NCBI GenBank assembly: GCA_016214655.1
Contig: JACROC010000002.1
Coordinates: forward strand, 3,801 to 67,800
Length of the DNA: 64,000 bases
From: Candidatus Harrisonbacteria bacterium
Lineage (GTDB): Bacteria; Patescibacteriota; Minisyncoccia; UBA6257; 02-FULL-45-10c
Reading direction: 5' to 3'
Shown here one piece after another: positions 17,648 to 27,280 of the stretch. Position 1 is the stretch's first letter. Each line of letters opens with the position of its first letter. The position numbers and the translations under genes were made by a program. The notes under the pieces are model-generated. The model was not told the DNA's origin. It did no database searches and saw only the letters and a list, made by a program, of their open reading frames with translations.

Positions 17648-18160
17648 TATTATTTTTATTACCAGAACTGGTAATAGAATGTTCTTTAAGGAGGCGGAGA
17701 GACAACATGAAAGATCTGGGATGGGCGAACAACTGACACCGACAGCCGCCGGAAGTCAAGCGTTGCAGGAAACTTGGCCATAGGCGCAAAGACGTGGATG
17801 TCGGGCCGCCTAATCGCGGCATCGAGCACGTGGTCACCTGCCGTGTATGCAAATACGTATACCGCTACGATTCGAGCGATTAACAGAATCGTGCTCAACT
17901 AACTAAACCGAACAAAGAGCGCAAAGGAGGTGCGAGTGGCCATACGCAATGTCATCGATGCCAAACTGGCGTCTATGAGCAATGACGATATCCGCACAAC
18001 CTGGGAAGCCCTTTAGCAAGGATGGGACAGTGGCTTCTGGAACGCGGAGCATCGCATCACCATGGACTACTGGGCGCAGGCTGTGTACTCGGAGAAATCC
18101 GTACGCAACCTCTAGCCAAAAGGGCGTCCCGAATAAAATCGGGACGCCCTTAACTTTTTT
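17648..18160 (+). ncRNA. Unassigned GC-rich transcription unit (about 510 nt) containing only micro-ORFs (9-42 aa, several with strong SD)
   Basis: Bounded by promoter and a strong terminator. Examples: AAGGAGG-N9-ATG MKDLGWANN*, AAAGGAGGTGCGA-GTG (M)AIRNVIDAKLASMSNDDIRTTWEAL*. Confidence 0.35.
18119..18160 (+). terminator. gggcgtcccg-aataaaat-cgggacgccc + TTAACTTTTTT
   Basis: 10-bp GC stem and T-run. Confidence 0.65.
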
Positions 18161-18195
18161 GTAAAAAATACTATTTTCAATTATAATTTAACACT

Positions 18196-19986
18196 ATGCA
18201 AAAGGTAAGGAACATCGCTATAATAGCCCACGTTGATCATGGAAAATCTACTTTAGTGGACACCATGCTTAAACAATCAGATACTGATTTAGGCAAGGTT
18301 GGCGAACAAGACCAAATAATGGATTTTAACGAGCTTGAAAGAGAACGCGGTATTACGATTTTCTCAAAAAATGCCGCGGTAAAATACGGCGATACTAAAA
18401 TAAATATTATTGATACTCCGGGACACGCAGACTTCGGCGGCGAAGTTGAACGAGTTTTAAACATGGCTGACGGCGCACTGCTTTTAGTTGATGCCCAGGA
18501 AGGCCCGATGCCGCAGACTCGTTTCGTTCTCAAAAAAGCCCTTTCCATGGGCCATAAAATCATCGTAGTTATAAATAAAATTGATAAGAAAAACGCACGG
18601 GTAAATTATGCTTTGGATAAAGTCATAGATCTTTTTATTGAACTTGGCGCCAATGATGAACAAATAAACTTCCCCATCGTCTATGCCGCCTCCAAACTCG
18701 GCAAGGCCGGCCTTACGCCGGAACTGGAAAAAATGACTGACATCAAACCGGTTTTTGAGACTGTTCTGAAACATGTACCGGAACCAAAAGTAAATGCCAA
18801 CGGCCCGCTCCAGCTGATGGTAACTTCCATTGCTTATGATAATTATAAAGGCAGAATCGGCATCGGCCGGATACACCAAGGGAAAATAAAAAACGGCGAC
18901 GCCATATCCCACATTAACCGCGAAGGCAAAATCACCAAAGGAAAATTAAGCGGGTTAATGACCTTTTTAGGATTAGCCAGAATGGAAGCTAAAGAACTGG
19001 AAGCCGGCGACATCGCCGCAGTTGCGGGGATAGAAAATATTAATATCGGCGACACTATCGCGGACGCCGAAAATCCCATAGCGCTTCCGCCGATTCAAAT
19101 TGAAAAACCGACTGTCAAAATGATTTTCAGCGTCAACAACTCCCCTTTTGCCGGACAGGAAGGAGAATATTGCACTTCCCGCAATCTTAAAGAGCGGCTG
19201 GAAAAAGAATTGGATAACGATGTGGCTCTGCGGGTTGAAGCCGGGAAATCACCGGACGAATTTATCGTCAGCGGCCGCGGCGAACTTCATCTTGGAATTT
19301 TAATTGAAACCATGCGCAGGCAAGGTTATGAACTCCAAGTCTCCAAACCGGAAGTTATTATGAAAGAAGAAAATGGCAAAACCATGGAACCGGCGGAAGA
19401 CGTCTGGGTAGAAGCGCCGGAACAATATTCCGGCACGGTCATAGAAAAAATGAGCCGCCGGAAAGGCGAGATGAAAAATATGAACGTGGAAAACGGCATC
19501 GCTTATTTCCACTTCTTCATCCCCACCCGCGGACTGATCGGATTCAGAAATGAATTTTTAATTGATACCAAGGGCAATGGCATTATCAATACTCTTTTCG
19601 CCGGCTATCATCCGAAATGGGAAGATATCCAGACCAATCCCCACGGATCGCTGATCGCCCATGAAACCGGCACCAGCACTGCATTCGGACTTTTAAATGC
19701 GCAGGAACGGGGAGAAATGTTTATCGGCCCAGGCACGAAACTATATGAAGGCCAGGTAGTCGGCCAGAATGCCAAAGCCGAAGATCTGACTCTGAATGTC
19801 TGCAAACAAAAACAGCTTACCAATTTCCGCGCTAAAACCGATGCGGTTACTGACGATTTAATTCCTCCGCGGCTTATGTCATTAGAACAATGCCTGGAAT
19901 ATCTCGGCGACGATGAGCTTCTGGAAGTAACGCCGACCAGTCTCCGGCTCAGAAAACGTATTCTTAAAAACGCTCTTCGTAAATAA
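18196..19986 (+). CDS. typA: Translational GTPase TypA/BipA
   Basis: AHVDHGKST, DTPGHADF, NKIDK, 596 aa. Confidence 0.95.
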   Translation: MQKVRNIAIIAHVDHGKSTLVDTMLKQSDTDLGKVGEQDQIMDFNELERERGITIFSKNAAVKYGDTKINIIDTPGHADFGGEVERVLNMADGALLLVDAQEGPMPQTRFVLKKALSMGHKIIVVINKIDKKNARVNYALDKVIDLFIELGANDEQINFPIVYAASKLGKAGLTPELEKMTDIKPVFETVLKHVPEPKVNANGPLQLMVTSIAYDNYKGRIGIGRIHQGKIKNGDAISHINREGKITKGKLSGLMTFLGLARMEAKELEAGDIAAVAGIENINIGDTIADAENPIALPPIQIEKPTVKMIFSVNNSPFAGQEGEYCTSRNLKERLEKELDNDVALRVEAGKSPDEFIVSGRGELHLGILIETMRRQGYELQVSKPEVIMKEENGKTMEPAEDVWVEAPEQYSGTVIEKMSRRKGEMKNMNVENGIAYFHFFIPTRGLIGFRNEFLIDTKGNGIINTLFAGYHPKWEDIQTNPHGSLIAHETGTSTAFGLLNAQERGEMFIGPGTKLYEGQVVGQNAKAEDLTLNVCKQKQLTNFRAKTDAVTDDLIPPRLMSLEQCLEYLGDDELLEVTPTSLRLRKRILKNALRK

Positions 19987-20004
19987 AGAGCCTATTCTAT
20001 ATAT

Positions 20005-21270
20005 ATGCCCACATCTTCAAATGGTTTTTCTAAACTGGGAATCGCACCGGCGATCTTAGAAATACTTTATAAACTTAAATTCGAACAGCCGACGCCTATC
20101 CAAGAACAAGCAATCCCGGTTGCACTGGAAGGAAAAGATTTAGTCGGAATCGCGCAAACCGGTACAGGAAAGACCCTGGCATTCGGCATTCCGATGATCC
20201 AGCGGATTCTGCAAAGCAAAGGCATTGGCCTCATAGTTTTGCCAACCCGCGAATTAGCGCTGCAAGTCAGAGATTCGCTGAATCTCATCGGCAGCGGCTT
20301 CGGCGTGAAAACCGCACTGCTTATCGGCGGCGCGCCAATGTGGCGCCAAATCGCAGAAATCCGCCGGCAGCCGAATATTGTTATCGGAACTCCTGGCCGC
20401 ATCATTGACCATTTGGATCAGCGAACGCTGGTTCTTTCCGGCGTAAAAATACTGGTGCTGGATGAAGCAGATCGCATGCTGGATATGGGTTTTGCCCCGC
20501 AGCTTAAGCGCATTCTGCAGCACGTTCCAACTGAACGCCAGACATTATTATTTTCAGCCACCATGCCTCCGGCAATCATGCAGATTGCGCGCGGATTTAT
20601 GAAACTGCCGATACAAATTGAAATCGTACCGCCTGGAACAGCCGCAACCAACGTCACCCATGAAGTATTTGTGGTACCCAGAGAACAAAAACCGGCGCTG
20701 CTGCATAAACTTCTTCACGATTACCGCGGTTCAGTTTTAATATTTATACGCACTAAATTTGGCGCTAAAAAAGTTGCCTTCAACGTAAGAAGCGCCGGCC
20801 ATACGTCAGCCGAACTTCATTCAAATCGTTCACTTAGCCAGCGAAGAGAAGCGCTTGAAGGTTTTAAAAATGGCCGCTATCGGGTTCTAGCCGCGACCGA
20901 TATTGCCGCGCGGGGAATAGATGTAACCGGAATTGAACTTGTTATCAACTACGACCTGCCGATGCAAGCCGAAGACTATGTGCATCGAATCGGCAGAACC
21001 GGCAGAGCCGGCGCGAGCGGACACGCAATTTCATTTGCCACCCCGGACCAGCGCGGCGATTTAAGGATCATTGAAAAGTTATTGAGAAAAACTTTGCCGC
21101 TTACCAAATTGCCGGAATCTTTGCCGACGCCTCCCCCGCCTCGTGCGCAGATGTATCCGGGACGACCGCAGCCTCCGCGCTCCGAAAGATCATTCTCCGA
21201 AAACCGCAGGCGCAGAAACTTCAACGCACATCACCAGCGCGAGGGCTTCCGCCGTCGCCGGCATTATTAA
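20005..21270 (+). CDS. DEAD-box ATP-dependent RNA helicase with basic RG-rich C-terminal tail
   Basis: AQTGTGKT, PTRELA, DEAD, SAT, HRIGRTGRAG motifs. Confidence 0.9.
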   Translation: MPTSSNGFSKLGIAPAILEILYKLKFEQPTPIQEQAIPVALEGKDLVGIAQTGTGKTLAFGIPMIQRILQSKGIGLIVLPTRELALQVRDSLNLIGSGFGVKTALLIGGAPMWRQIAEIRRQPNIVIGTPGRIIDHLDQRTLVLSGVKILVLDEADRMLDMGFAPQLKRILQHVPTERQTLLFSATMPPAIMQIARGFMKLPIQIEIVPPGTAATNVTHEVFVVPREQKPALLHKLLHDYRGSVLIFIRTKFGAKKVAFNVRSAGHTSAELHSNRSLSQRREALEGFKNGRYRVLAATDIAARGIDVTGIELVINYDLPMQAEDYVHRIGRTGRAGASGHAISFATPDQRGDLRIIEKLLRKTLPLTKLPESLPTPPPPRAQMYPGRPQPPRSERSFSENRRRRNFNAHHQREGFRRRRHY

Positions 21271-21302
21271 AAAATATCCGCCAGCCAGCGGATATTTTTT
21301 TA
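21271..21302. terminator. Bidirectional terminator aaaaatatccgc-cagcca-gcggatattttttt
   Basis: Between convergent helicase and ABC-F genes. Confidence 0.6.
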
Positions 21303-22817
21303 TAGCTGTTCCAAGTCCAAAGTTTTATCAATCTTGATCTGTTTTACGAATTCCAGGACGTGGCTGACCAGAATCATCGCGCCCTGATATTTATCCAAAG
21401 CCGCGGCAATAACCGGAATATGGCGGAAATTAATATGATTCGTCGGCTCATCCAAAATAAGCAATCCCGGCTTTTGAATAACTAACCGGGCAAAAGCGAC
21501 CAGTCCTTTCTGTCCCTCCGACAAACTGCCGACTTTCGCGCGCAATAATTGTTCGTCCAGCAAAAATCCGGCGGCAATAGCACGAAGTTTCTCATACGTC
21601 ATATTCTGGTTAGCTCCGACGCTTCGGTCGGAGTCCCGACCCGCAAGCGTCGGAAAATCATTCATCACCGATACCAGAGAATCCCAGACCGTGTCTTCAA
21701 AATTAAGCGTAGAAAAATCTTGCCGATAATATCCAATCCTGACCCCTTTTGTAATATGTTCTCCCTTGGCATGTCCGGTAGCCAGCTTTTCAAGCAATGT
21801 AGTTTTGCCGATGCCATTCGGACCGGCCAAAAGCAAATGCTCGCCTTTTTTTAAAATCACTTCAACTTTTTTATTTATTTTCAGCTCAAGTAATTGCCCG
21901 CTGATATCTTCCTGGCACGGAATGAAGAAATTCCGGATGGCCTTATCTTCCTGGCGCACCTCCACAACTTCCTCTTCCAGCTCCTCTATTTTTTCCCGCA
22001 TCTTGCGGGCAACATCCCGCATGTGTCCGCCTTTTTGGGCAAAAAAGCTGGCTTGTTCTTTTCGATTCGCAATATCTTTTTCCAGGCGGACATTTTTCAT
22101 GCGCTCGCGCTCCAGCCGGGCTTTAATCTCCGCAACCACGTCAAAATAATTTCCGGCATACTGCTCAACCTTTTTGGTAAAAATATCCAGATACAAGACT
22201 CCCTGCGTAAATGCATTAAGGAAATCGGCATCGTGAGAAATCACGATGCAAGTTTTTTTATAATCAATAAGAAATTGAGTCAGGTGGGCAATGCCCTGTT
22301 TATCCAAATTATTAGTCGGCTCATCCAGAAGCAATAAATCCGGATCCTGGATAAGCGCCGATGCCAGCAACAATCTTGCCTGCTGGCCTCCGGAAAAAGT
22401 CTTGATAACTTTTTTATGGTCAGCCTTCAAATTCACAACTTCCAAAACTTTATCAATGCGCGGATCAATATCATATATTTTTTTATTAAAGCATTTTTCA
22501 AAAAATTCTCTTACCGTTAACTGCATTTGGTCGCGCGGAATTACCTGCCGGGCAGTAGCAATCGTAAGCCCGCCCGCAACGCTCACCGATCCGGATTCCA
22601 CCTTAAACTCGTCAACCTGCCCCGCCTGGGCAATCAGCTGAAAAATCGTGCTTTTACCGGCTCCATTTTGCCCCATCAGAGCAATCTTAGATCCCCGGCG
22701 AACGGAAAAATCCGCCTCATTAAGAATAGGCTTATTGTGCCCGTAATCAAAAGAGGCCTTATTAAATCTGACAATTACCTCGTCGTTTAGCATGCATAAT
22801 AGAATACAACATTTCAC
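21300..22817 (-). CDS. ABC-F family ATPase (two fused ABC domains, no TMD; ribosome-associated translation factor type)
   Basis: Two Walker A motifs (GQNGAGKST, GPNGIGKTT), two LSGGQ signatures, linker between domains. Confidence 0.85.
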   Translation of the reverse strand: MKCCILLCMLNDEVIVRFNKASFDYGHNKPILNEADFSVRRGSKIALMGQNGAGKSTIFQLIAQAGQVDEFKVESGSVSVAGGLTIATARQVIPRDQMQLTVREFFEKCFNKKIYDIDPRIDKVLEVVNLKADHKKVIKTFSGGQQARLLLASALIQDPDLLLLDEPTNNLDKQGIAHLTQFLIDYKKTCIVISHDADFLNAFTQGVLYLDIFTKKVEQYAGNYFDVVAEIKARLERERMKNVRLEKDIANRKEQASFFAQKGGHMRDVARKMREKIEELEEEVVEVRQEDKAIRNFFIPCQEDISGQLLELKINKKVEVILKKGEHLLLAGPNGIGKTTLLEKLATGHAKGEHITKGVRIGYYRQDFSTLNFEDTVWDSLVSVMNDFPTLAGRDSDRSVGANQNMTYEKLRAIAAGFLLDEQLLRAKVGSLSEGQKGLVAFARLVIQKPGLLILDEPTNHINFRHIPVIAAALDKYQGAMILVSHVLEFVKQIKIDKTLDLEQL

Positions 22818-22933
22818 CAGAATTTTCCAGCCAACACGTCAAATATACTTCCAATTACCCAATTGGATATTTCTAATAAAAATAATATAGTATATAATAT
22901 TATTAACAGTCGTTAAAATTATTTTTTTAAATT

Positions 22934-24130
22934 ATGAAAGGTAAAATTAGTTTCAGTTTAACACAGTCGGTTTCTTTATTACTCGCCTTATTATTAATAG
23001 CTGGTTTAGCTTTGGCGTATCATCAAGCAACCGCTCAAGAAGGCGGCCGGAAAATTGTTACTTGGCAGACCGGCCTAAATCAAGCTGCTAAAGATCAATT
23101 ACTTGCCAAGTATGGCGCAATTAAATTAAAAGACTTGTCGTCGGTCAATGGCTCTGCGGTTTGGCTTCCAAGTAAAGCTTCAGAAAAAGCTCTAGGACGC
23201 CAATCCGGAGTAACAAAAGTAGAAGAAGACGCCTTGGTATCCGCTCTCGGAAAACCGGCGCCGGCTCTCCAACCATCTCAAGTACTGCCTTGGGGCGTAG
23301 ATAGAGTTGAAGCTGATTTGGTCTGGCTCTCTGGCAATACCGGAGATCCGGTCCGAGTAGCCGTAGTTGACACCGGCATATCCAAAGACCATCCAGACTT
23401 GAAAGAAAATATAAAAGGCGGCTATAACACAATTAACCCGACGAGGAGCTGGGACGATGATAATGGCCACGGCTCTCATGTCGCCGGAATTGTCGCGGCA
23501 CTTAATAATTCGATTGGTGCCGTAGGCGTGGGGCCAGCAGTTGATCTTTTGGCAGTAAAAGTATTAAGAAAAGATGGTTCTGGGTTTACTTCAGATGTAA
23601 TTGAAGGCATTGATTGGGCGGTTCAAAACGGAGCACAAGTTATCAATTTAAGCCTCGGTTCAACCTCAGATATCCAAGCAATGCACGATGCCGTGAAAGC
23701 CGCGCATGATGCCGGCACAGTTGTGGTAGCTGCGGCTGGCAATAATGGCGGCGCGGTGATTTATCCGGCAGCTTATCCGGAAGTATTGGCGGTTTCGGCA
23801 ACTGACCAAAACAATCTGCTCGCCAGCTGGTCCAGCCGAGGCCCGGAAGTTGATCTATCGGCGCCTGGAGTGAGTATTTACTCTACTTATCTAGGCACTG
23901 GCTATGCAACGCTTTCCGGCACTTCCATGGCTACTCCGCATGTAACTGGCGCAGCAGCACTGGTCTTAAATACACCAGTTGGAACTTATGATACCAACAA
24001 TAACGGCAAATGGGATCCGACTGAAGTTCAGCAGAAACTCCAGGATCGTGCCACCGATTTAGGCGATCCCGGATTTGATAATCTCTACGGCTGGGGCTTA
24101 CTAAATGCCTGGAATGCCACTCAGCCATAA
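22934..24130 (+). CDS. Secreted subtilisin-like serine protease (peptidase S8)
   Basis: Catalytic triad contexts DTGIS, HGSHVAGI, GTSMATPHVTG; N-terminal signal/TM. Confidence 0.9.
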   Translation: MKGKISFSLTQSVSLLLALLLIAGLALAYHQATAQEGGRKIVTWQTGLNQAAKDQLLAKYGAIKLKDLSSVNGSAVWLPSKASEKALGRQSGVTKVEEDALVSALGKPAPALQPSQVLPWGVDRVEADLVWLSGNTGDPVRVAVVDTGISKDHPDLKENIKGGYNTINPTRSWDDDNGHGSHVAGIVAALNNSIGAVGVGPAVDLLAVKVLRKDGSGFTSDVIEGIDWAVQNGAQVINLSLGSTSDIQAMHDAVKAAHDAGTVVVAAAGNNGGAVIYPAAYPEVLAVSATDQNNLLASWSSRGPEVDLSAPGVSIYSTYLGTGYATLSGTSMATPHVTGAAALVLNTPVGTYDTNNNGKWDPTEVQQKLQDRATDLGDPGFDNLYGWGLLNAWNATQP

Positions 24131-24150
24131 AATAAATTGGCCAATTAATC

Positions 24151-24185
24151 AAAAAATCTTCGCTCTGAAATGAAGATTTTTGCGC
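24151..24185 (+). terminator. aaaatcttc-gctctgaaat-gaagatttt + T
   Basis: Hairpin after subtilisin stop. Confidence 0.45.
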
Positions 24186-24225
24186 TAATAGTATTCCTAG
24201 CATTCTAAGTATTCTTAGTCTTCCT

Positions 24226-24265
24226 ATACTAATACTAATTATTACCGCCATGGCGGTAATAATTA
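24226..24265. promoter_or_regulatory. Perfect 16-bp-arm palindrome actaattattaccgcc-ATGG-cggtaataattagt (candidate operator)
   Basis: Immediately 3' of the PaaX-like gene; shares the half-site ACTAAnTATT...GC.ATGG with a second palindrome at 24852-24889. Confidence 0.5.
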
Positions 24266-24276
24266 GTATATAGAAA

Positions 24277-24846
24277 TTAAAATAACTTTTTAAAAATTTC
24301 CTTCAGGTAAAGTTGATTATCTAGATCTTGAACTATTAGTTGTCTAACATATTTTCTAACGCCATAGAATTCAACCAAAAAATCAATTTCGTTTTTGCAC
24401 TCATGCGGATGTATAAATACACTCTTTTGATACTGATAAAAACCTAATCTTTTAAGGTGAAAACGTAGTGCCTCTCTTACTTTCTTTTTAGATGTCGGAA
24501 TATCGAACAACACCATCCGCCATAACTTATCCCAGCGAGCCAGTTTCTTAATTTGGATATTTTCTAATTTATAATCTAATACTCTTTGTTTCCCCTTATC
24601 TAATAAAATTATCTTTACGGAACCATCGGGATTTTCTTTCAGATCGACCATTTTATTTCTATAAAGACTATCGATCGCCTCTCGTAAAACATCATTATTT
24701 ATCCTTTCCCATTCGCTGCTAATAGCACGCAAAGTTTTATACCGTTGCCTAAGACTACCTGCTAAACCCAAAGAAATACCGCCAACCAATAATATCAATA
24801 ATTTCCTTTGTATTGCTCCTAACTTTCGCATTAACAAATTATACAC
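24277..24846 (-). CDS. PaaX-like regulator / Cas2-fold C-terminal domain protein (189 aa), N-terminal membrane or wH segment
   Basis: WDKLWRMVLFDIPTSKKKVREALRFHLKRLGFYQYQKSVF matches the PaaX_C/Cas2-like fold signature; no CRISPR array nearby. Confidence 0.4.
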   Translation of the reverse strand: MYNLLMRKLGAIQRKLLILLVGGISLGLAGSLRQRYKTLRAISSEWERINNDVLREAIDSLYRNKMVDLKENPDGSVKIILLDKGKQRVLDYKLENIQIKKLARWDKLWRMVLFDIPTSKKKVREALRFHLKRLGFYQYQKSVFIHPHECKNEIDFLVEFYGVRKYVRQLIVQDLDNQLYLKEIFKKLF

Positions 24847-24851
24847 TAACT

Positions 24852-24889
24852 ATTCTTGCTATGGCAAGAATAGTTAGTGTATTGTTTTT
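24852..24889. promoter_or_regulatory. Perfect 17-bp-arm palindrome acactaactattcttgc-TATG-gcaagaatagttagtgt in the promoter region of the PaaX-like gene
   Basis: Starts 6 bp upstream of the start codon; related half-site to 24226-24265. Confidence 0.5.
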
Positions 24890-24925
24890 TAAAGATAAAA
24901 AGTGATAAAATTATTAAGTGAAATT

Positions 24926-24996
24926 TTGCCGGGTCGTCTAACGGTAGGACAGCAGCCTTTGGAGCTGTTTATCGGGGTTCGAGTCCCTGCCCGGCA
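24926..24996 (+). tRNA. tRNA-Gln(UUG)
   Basis: U1-A72 acceptor (TGCCGGG/CCCGGCA), G73 discriminator, anticodon loop CTTTGGA, T-loop TTCGAGT, 71 nt. Confidence 0.75.
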
Positions 24997-25178
24997 GCAC
25001 CAGTCAGCGCAGTATCGAGGGACCGATTCCCGTACAAATTTTGAAGTTTTTTCGAATCCAGAGAGGGTCACCCATCCGGGACAGCGAACTAATAAGCAAA
25101 TTATTCTATAATAAAGAGATGAAAAAGCGAGTATAGTATTTTGAATATAAATTAAAAGCTGGCGGAAGTCGAAATATC

Positions 25179-25733
25179 ATGAAAAATAATAAAATGGAAA
25201 TAAAATTGAAAATAAAGCCCCGGACTGCCCTTAAAAACACCTGTGGACCCACCTCCCTGAGAATGGTTCTGTCTTATTACGGAATCGACGCAAAGGAAAA
25301 AGAAATCATAAAAGCCGTCGGCGGCTTGAAAAAATTCGGCATTCGGACGATTAAGCTCGCCCAATACGCCAAGAAGCTGGGTTTCAAATGCGAATGCCTT
25401 TCTTATGAGAAAAAATTGTCGCGCGGCTTTGCCAAAATCAAAAAGCCGGATGTTAATGACATTCTAAAATTCCTGAAAAGAGGCGTGCCGGTAATCATCG
25501 CCGTGAATCAATATCTGCTTTACGGAAAAGGCAAAGACAAGAAAATGGGGCATTTTATAGTCATCACCGGCTATAAAAAAGATTGTTTCTGGTATAACGA
25601 TCCTTGGGACGGCAAGCTCCATAAAATTAATTTGGAAGATTTGAAATTGGCTTGGTACAACAATATTCTGGATTCCAGCGCATATCTGCTGGCAATTTGG
25701 CCTAAATATGGATATCAAATACAAAAAAATTAA
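25179..25733 (+). CDS. Peptidase C39-like (papain-fold cysteine peptidase) domain protein
   Basis: LKNTCGPTSLRMVLSYYG (Cys nucleophile context) and GHFIVITGY (His). Confidence 0.65.
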   Translation: MKNNKMEIKLKIKPRTALKNTCGPTSLRMVLSYYGIDAKEKEIIKAVGGLKKFGIRTIKLAQYAKKLGFKCECLSYEKKLSRGFAKIKKPDVNDILKFLKRGVPVIIAVNQYLLYGKGKDKKMGHFIVITGYKKDCFWYNDPWDGKLHKINLEDLKLAWYNNILDSSAYLLAIWPKYGYQIQKN

Positions 25734-25768
25734 GCCTGATAATTCCCCGATTTAAAAATGTAAGATTT

Positions 25769-26278
25769 TTATTTTACATCCCCCTTTTTAATCTCTTTTT
25801 CAAAAAGAACTTTTACAGCCTGTTCCGGGTCAACCCGATAGGAAGTATGACCTTCAAAGAAATCGTGTTCCTTAAGCAAATGGGCGATAAGTCCTGGACC
25901 ACTGAAAGATTCCCCCGTTTTTCGATTGGTGATTATAAAATCTAAATTGCTAAAATCTGCATACGAGCCATCAAATGGGCAGTTCTGCATCCCTCGCCAA
26001 CTGGTCCAGCTTATTTCAAAATCATCAACAACAGCCGGTACTTTATGGCCTTGCTCTTGCATAGCCCGCTTTAATAATTCGGCAATCTTTTCCCCTATTT
26101 CTTTAGATTTTATCTCCAGTTGTTCGCAAACTTTTCGGTCGGCAACGATAACATCTTTTAACTTCTCCCCTTCAGCTAAAAATCCTCCTATGGACGATTT
26201 TTTAGGATAAAATTTGCTTTCATCTACCCCCTCCCAAGGCTCTTTATGTTCAAATGGTTTTTCTTTATTCATATTCAT
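25769..26278 (-). CDS. Hypothetical protein (169 aa)
   Basis: Intact ORF, acidic, no motif recognised. Confidence 0.4.
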   Translation of the reverse strand: MNMNKEKPFEHKEPWEGVDESKFYPKKSSIGGFLAEGEKLKDVIVADRKVCEQLEIKSKEIGEKIAELLKRAMQEQGHKVPAVVDDFEISWTSWRGMQNCPFDGSYADFSNLDFIITNRKTGESFSGPGLIAHLLKEHDFFEGHTSYRVDPEQAVKVLFEKEIKKGDVK

Positions 26279-26280
26279 TG

Positions 26281-26751
26281 TTATTTAATAAATCCCCCAT
26301 GATAAAAAGCTCGATAAACAACTTTATCTTTAAATAGGATTTCTTCTTTGCCAGTAAATTTATCTAATTTACCTTCGGCGGTATTAATATATTGATAATC
26401 TCCTTCTTCGAAAAATTTCGGCCCCCTCACGGGTATAATATCATCATACTCCTGCGTTAAAGATTTTTTGAGGAAATCATAAACCTGGTCTGCGGCAAAA
26501 CCGTCGTCGAGAATAAAGCCAAGGTAATTTGCTCCCCAAATTGGTTTTTCATCTTTATAAACTACTTCTTCGCCAATATAATCCCTCACTCCAAAATAAG
26601 TATCGTGATAGATCAGATTACCTTTTTTATATTCAAGATCTTTTGAACTAATACGAGTAGGGCTGACTTTCTTGCCTCCTGCAGCGTATCCATGCTTATT
26701 GGCTTCATCAAGAAAACCAGCCAGTTCTCGTAAATCAATTGGTCGATTCAT
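26281..26751 (-). CDS. Hypothetical protein (156 aa)
   Basis: Intact ORF adjacent to previous (2-bp gap). Confidence 0.4.
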   Translation of the reverse strand: MNRPIDLRELAGFLDEANKHGYAAGGKKVSPTRISSKDLEYKKGNLIYHDTYFGVRDYIGEEVVYKDEKPIWGANYLGFILDDGFAADQVYDFLKKSLTQEYDDIIPVRGPKFFEEGDYQYINTAEGKLDKFTGKEEILFKDKVVYRAFYHGGFIK

Positions 26752-26803
26752 ATAAATTATTTTAACACAAATAAAAAATCGCCCTTGTTGAAGCGATCAT
26801 TTT

Positions 26804-27268
26804 TTACATTTCTCTCCAATTAAACTTTTCCACAACATCGCCCCGAGAACAAAAATGAACTTCTCCCCTAATCTTTTTGCCCTGTAATATCAGCGGGAGC
26901 CATTCTTTATCCGCAGCCCACATACTGCCGTAGGGAATATTATCAATATTATACCACCGTGGTTTCATTTCTTCCGATTCTTGGGCTTCCCCATTCCACC
27001 CTTTTACCAAAAAAATATGAACTTGCTGGTTCCATTCAGAATTTTCTTTGAAATAAAAAGAGATGTCACCGACTTTTTGGAGATTATCTTCTTTGCTTTG
27101 TATCCCCGCTTCTTCTTGCAACTCTCTGATAGCTGCGGTTTCCAATCCCTCTCCCTCCCCGACTTTTCCGCCAAAACCATTCCATTTGCCCGCTCCAAAT
27201 CCCCGCTTCTTCATGGCAAGTAATATTTGGTTGTCCGCAAGTAAAAGGCAAAGCGTGACTTTTCTCAT
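26804..27268 (-). CDS. NUDIX hydrolase
   Basis: Nudix box GGKVGEGEGLETAAIRELQEEAGI (GX5EX7REUXEEXGU). Confidence 0.85.
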   Translation of the reverse strand: MRKVTLCLLLADNQILLAMKKRGFGAGKWNGFGGKVGEGEGLETAAIRELQEEAGIQSKEDNLQKVGDISFYFKENSEWNQQVHIFLVKGWNGEAQESEEMKPRWYNIDNIPYGSMWAADKEWLPLILQGKKIRGEVHFCSRGDVVEKFNWREM

Positions 27269-27280
27269 AATTAAAAACAG

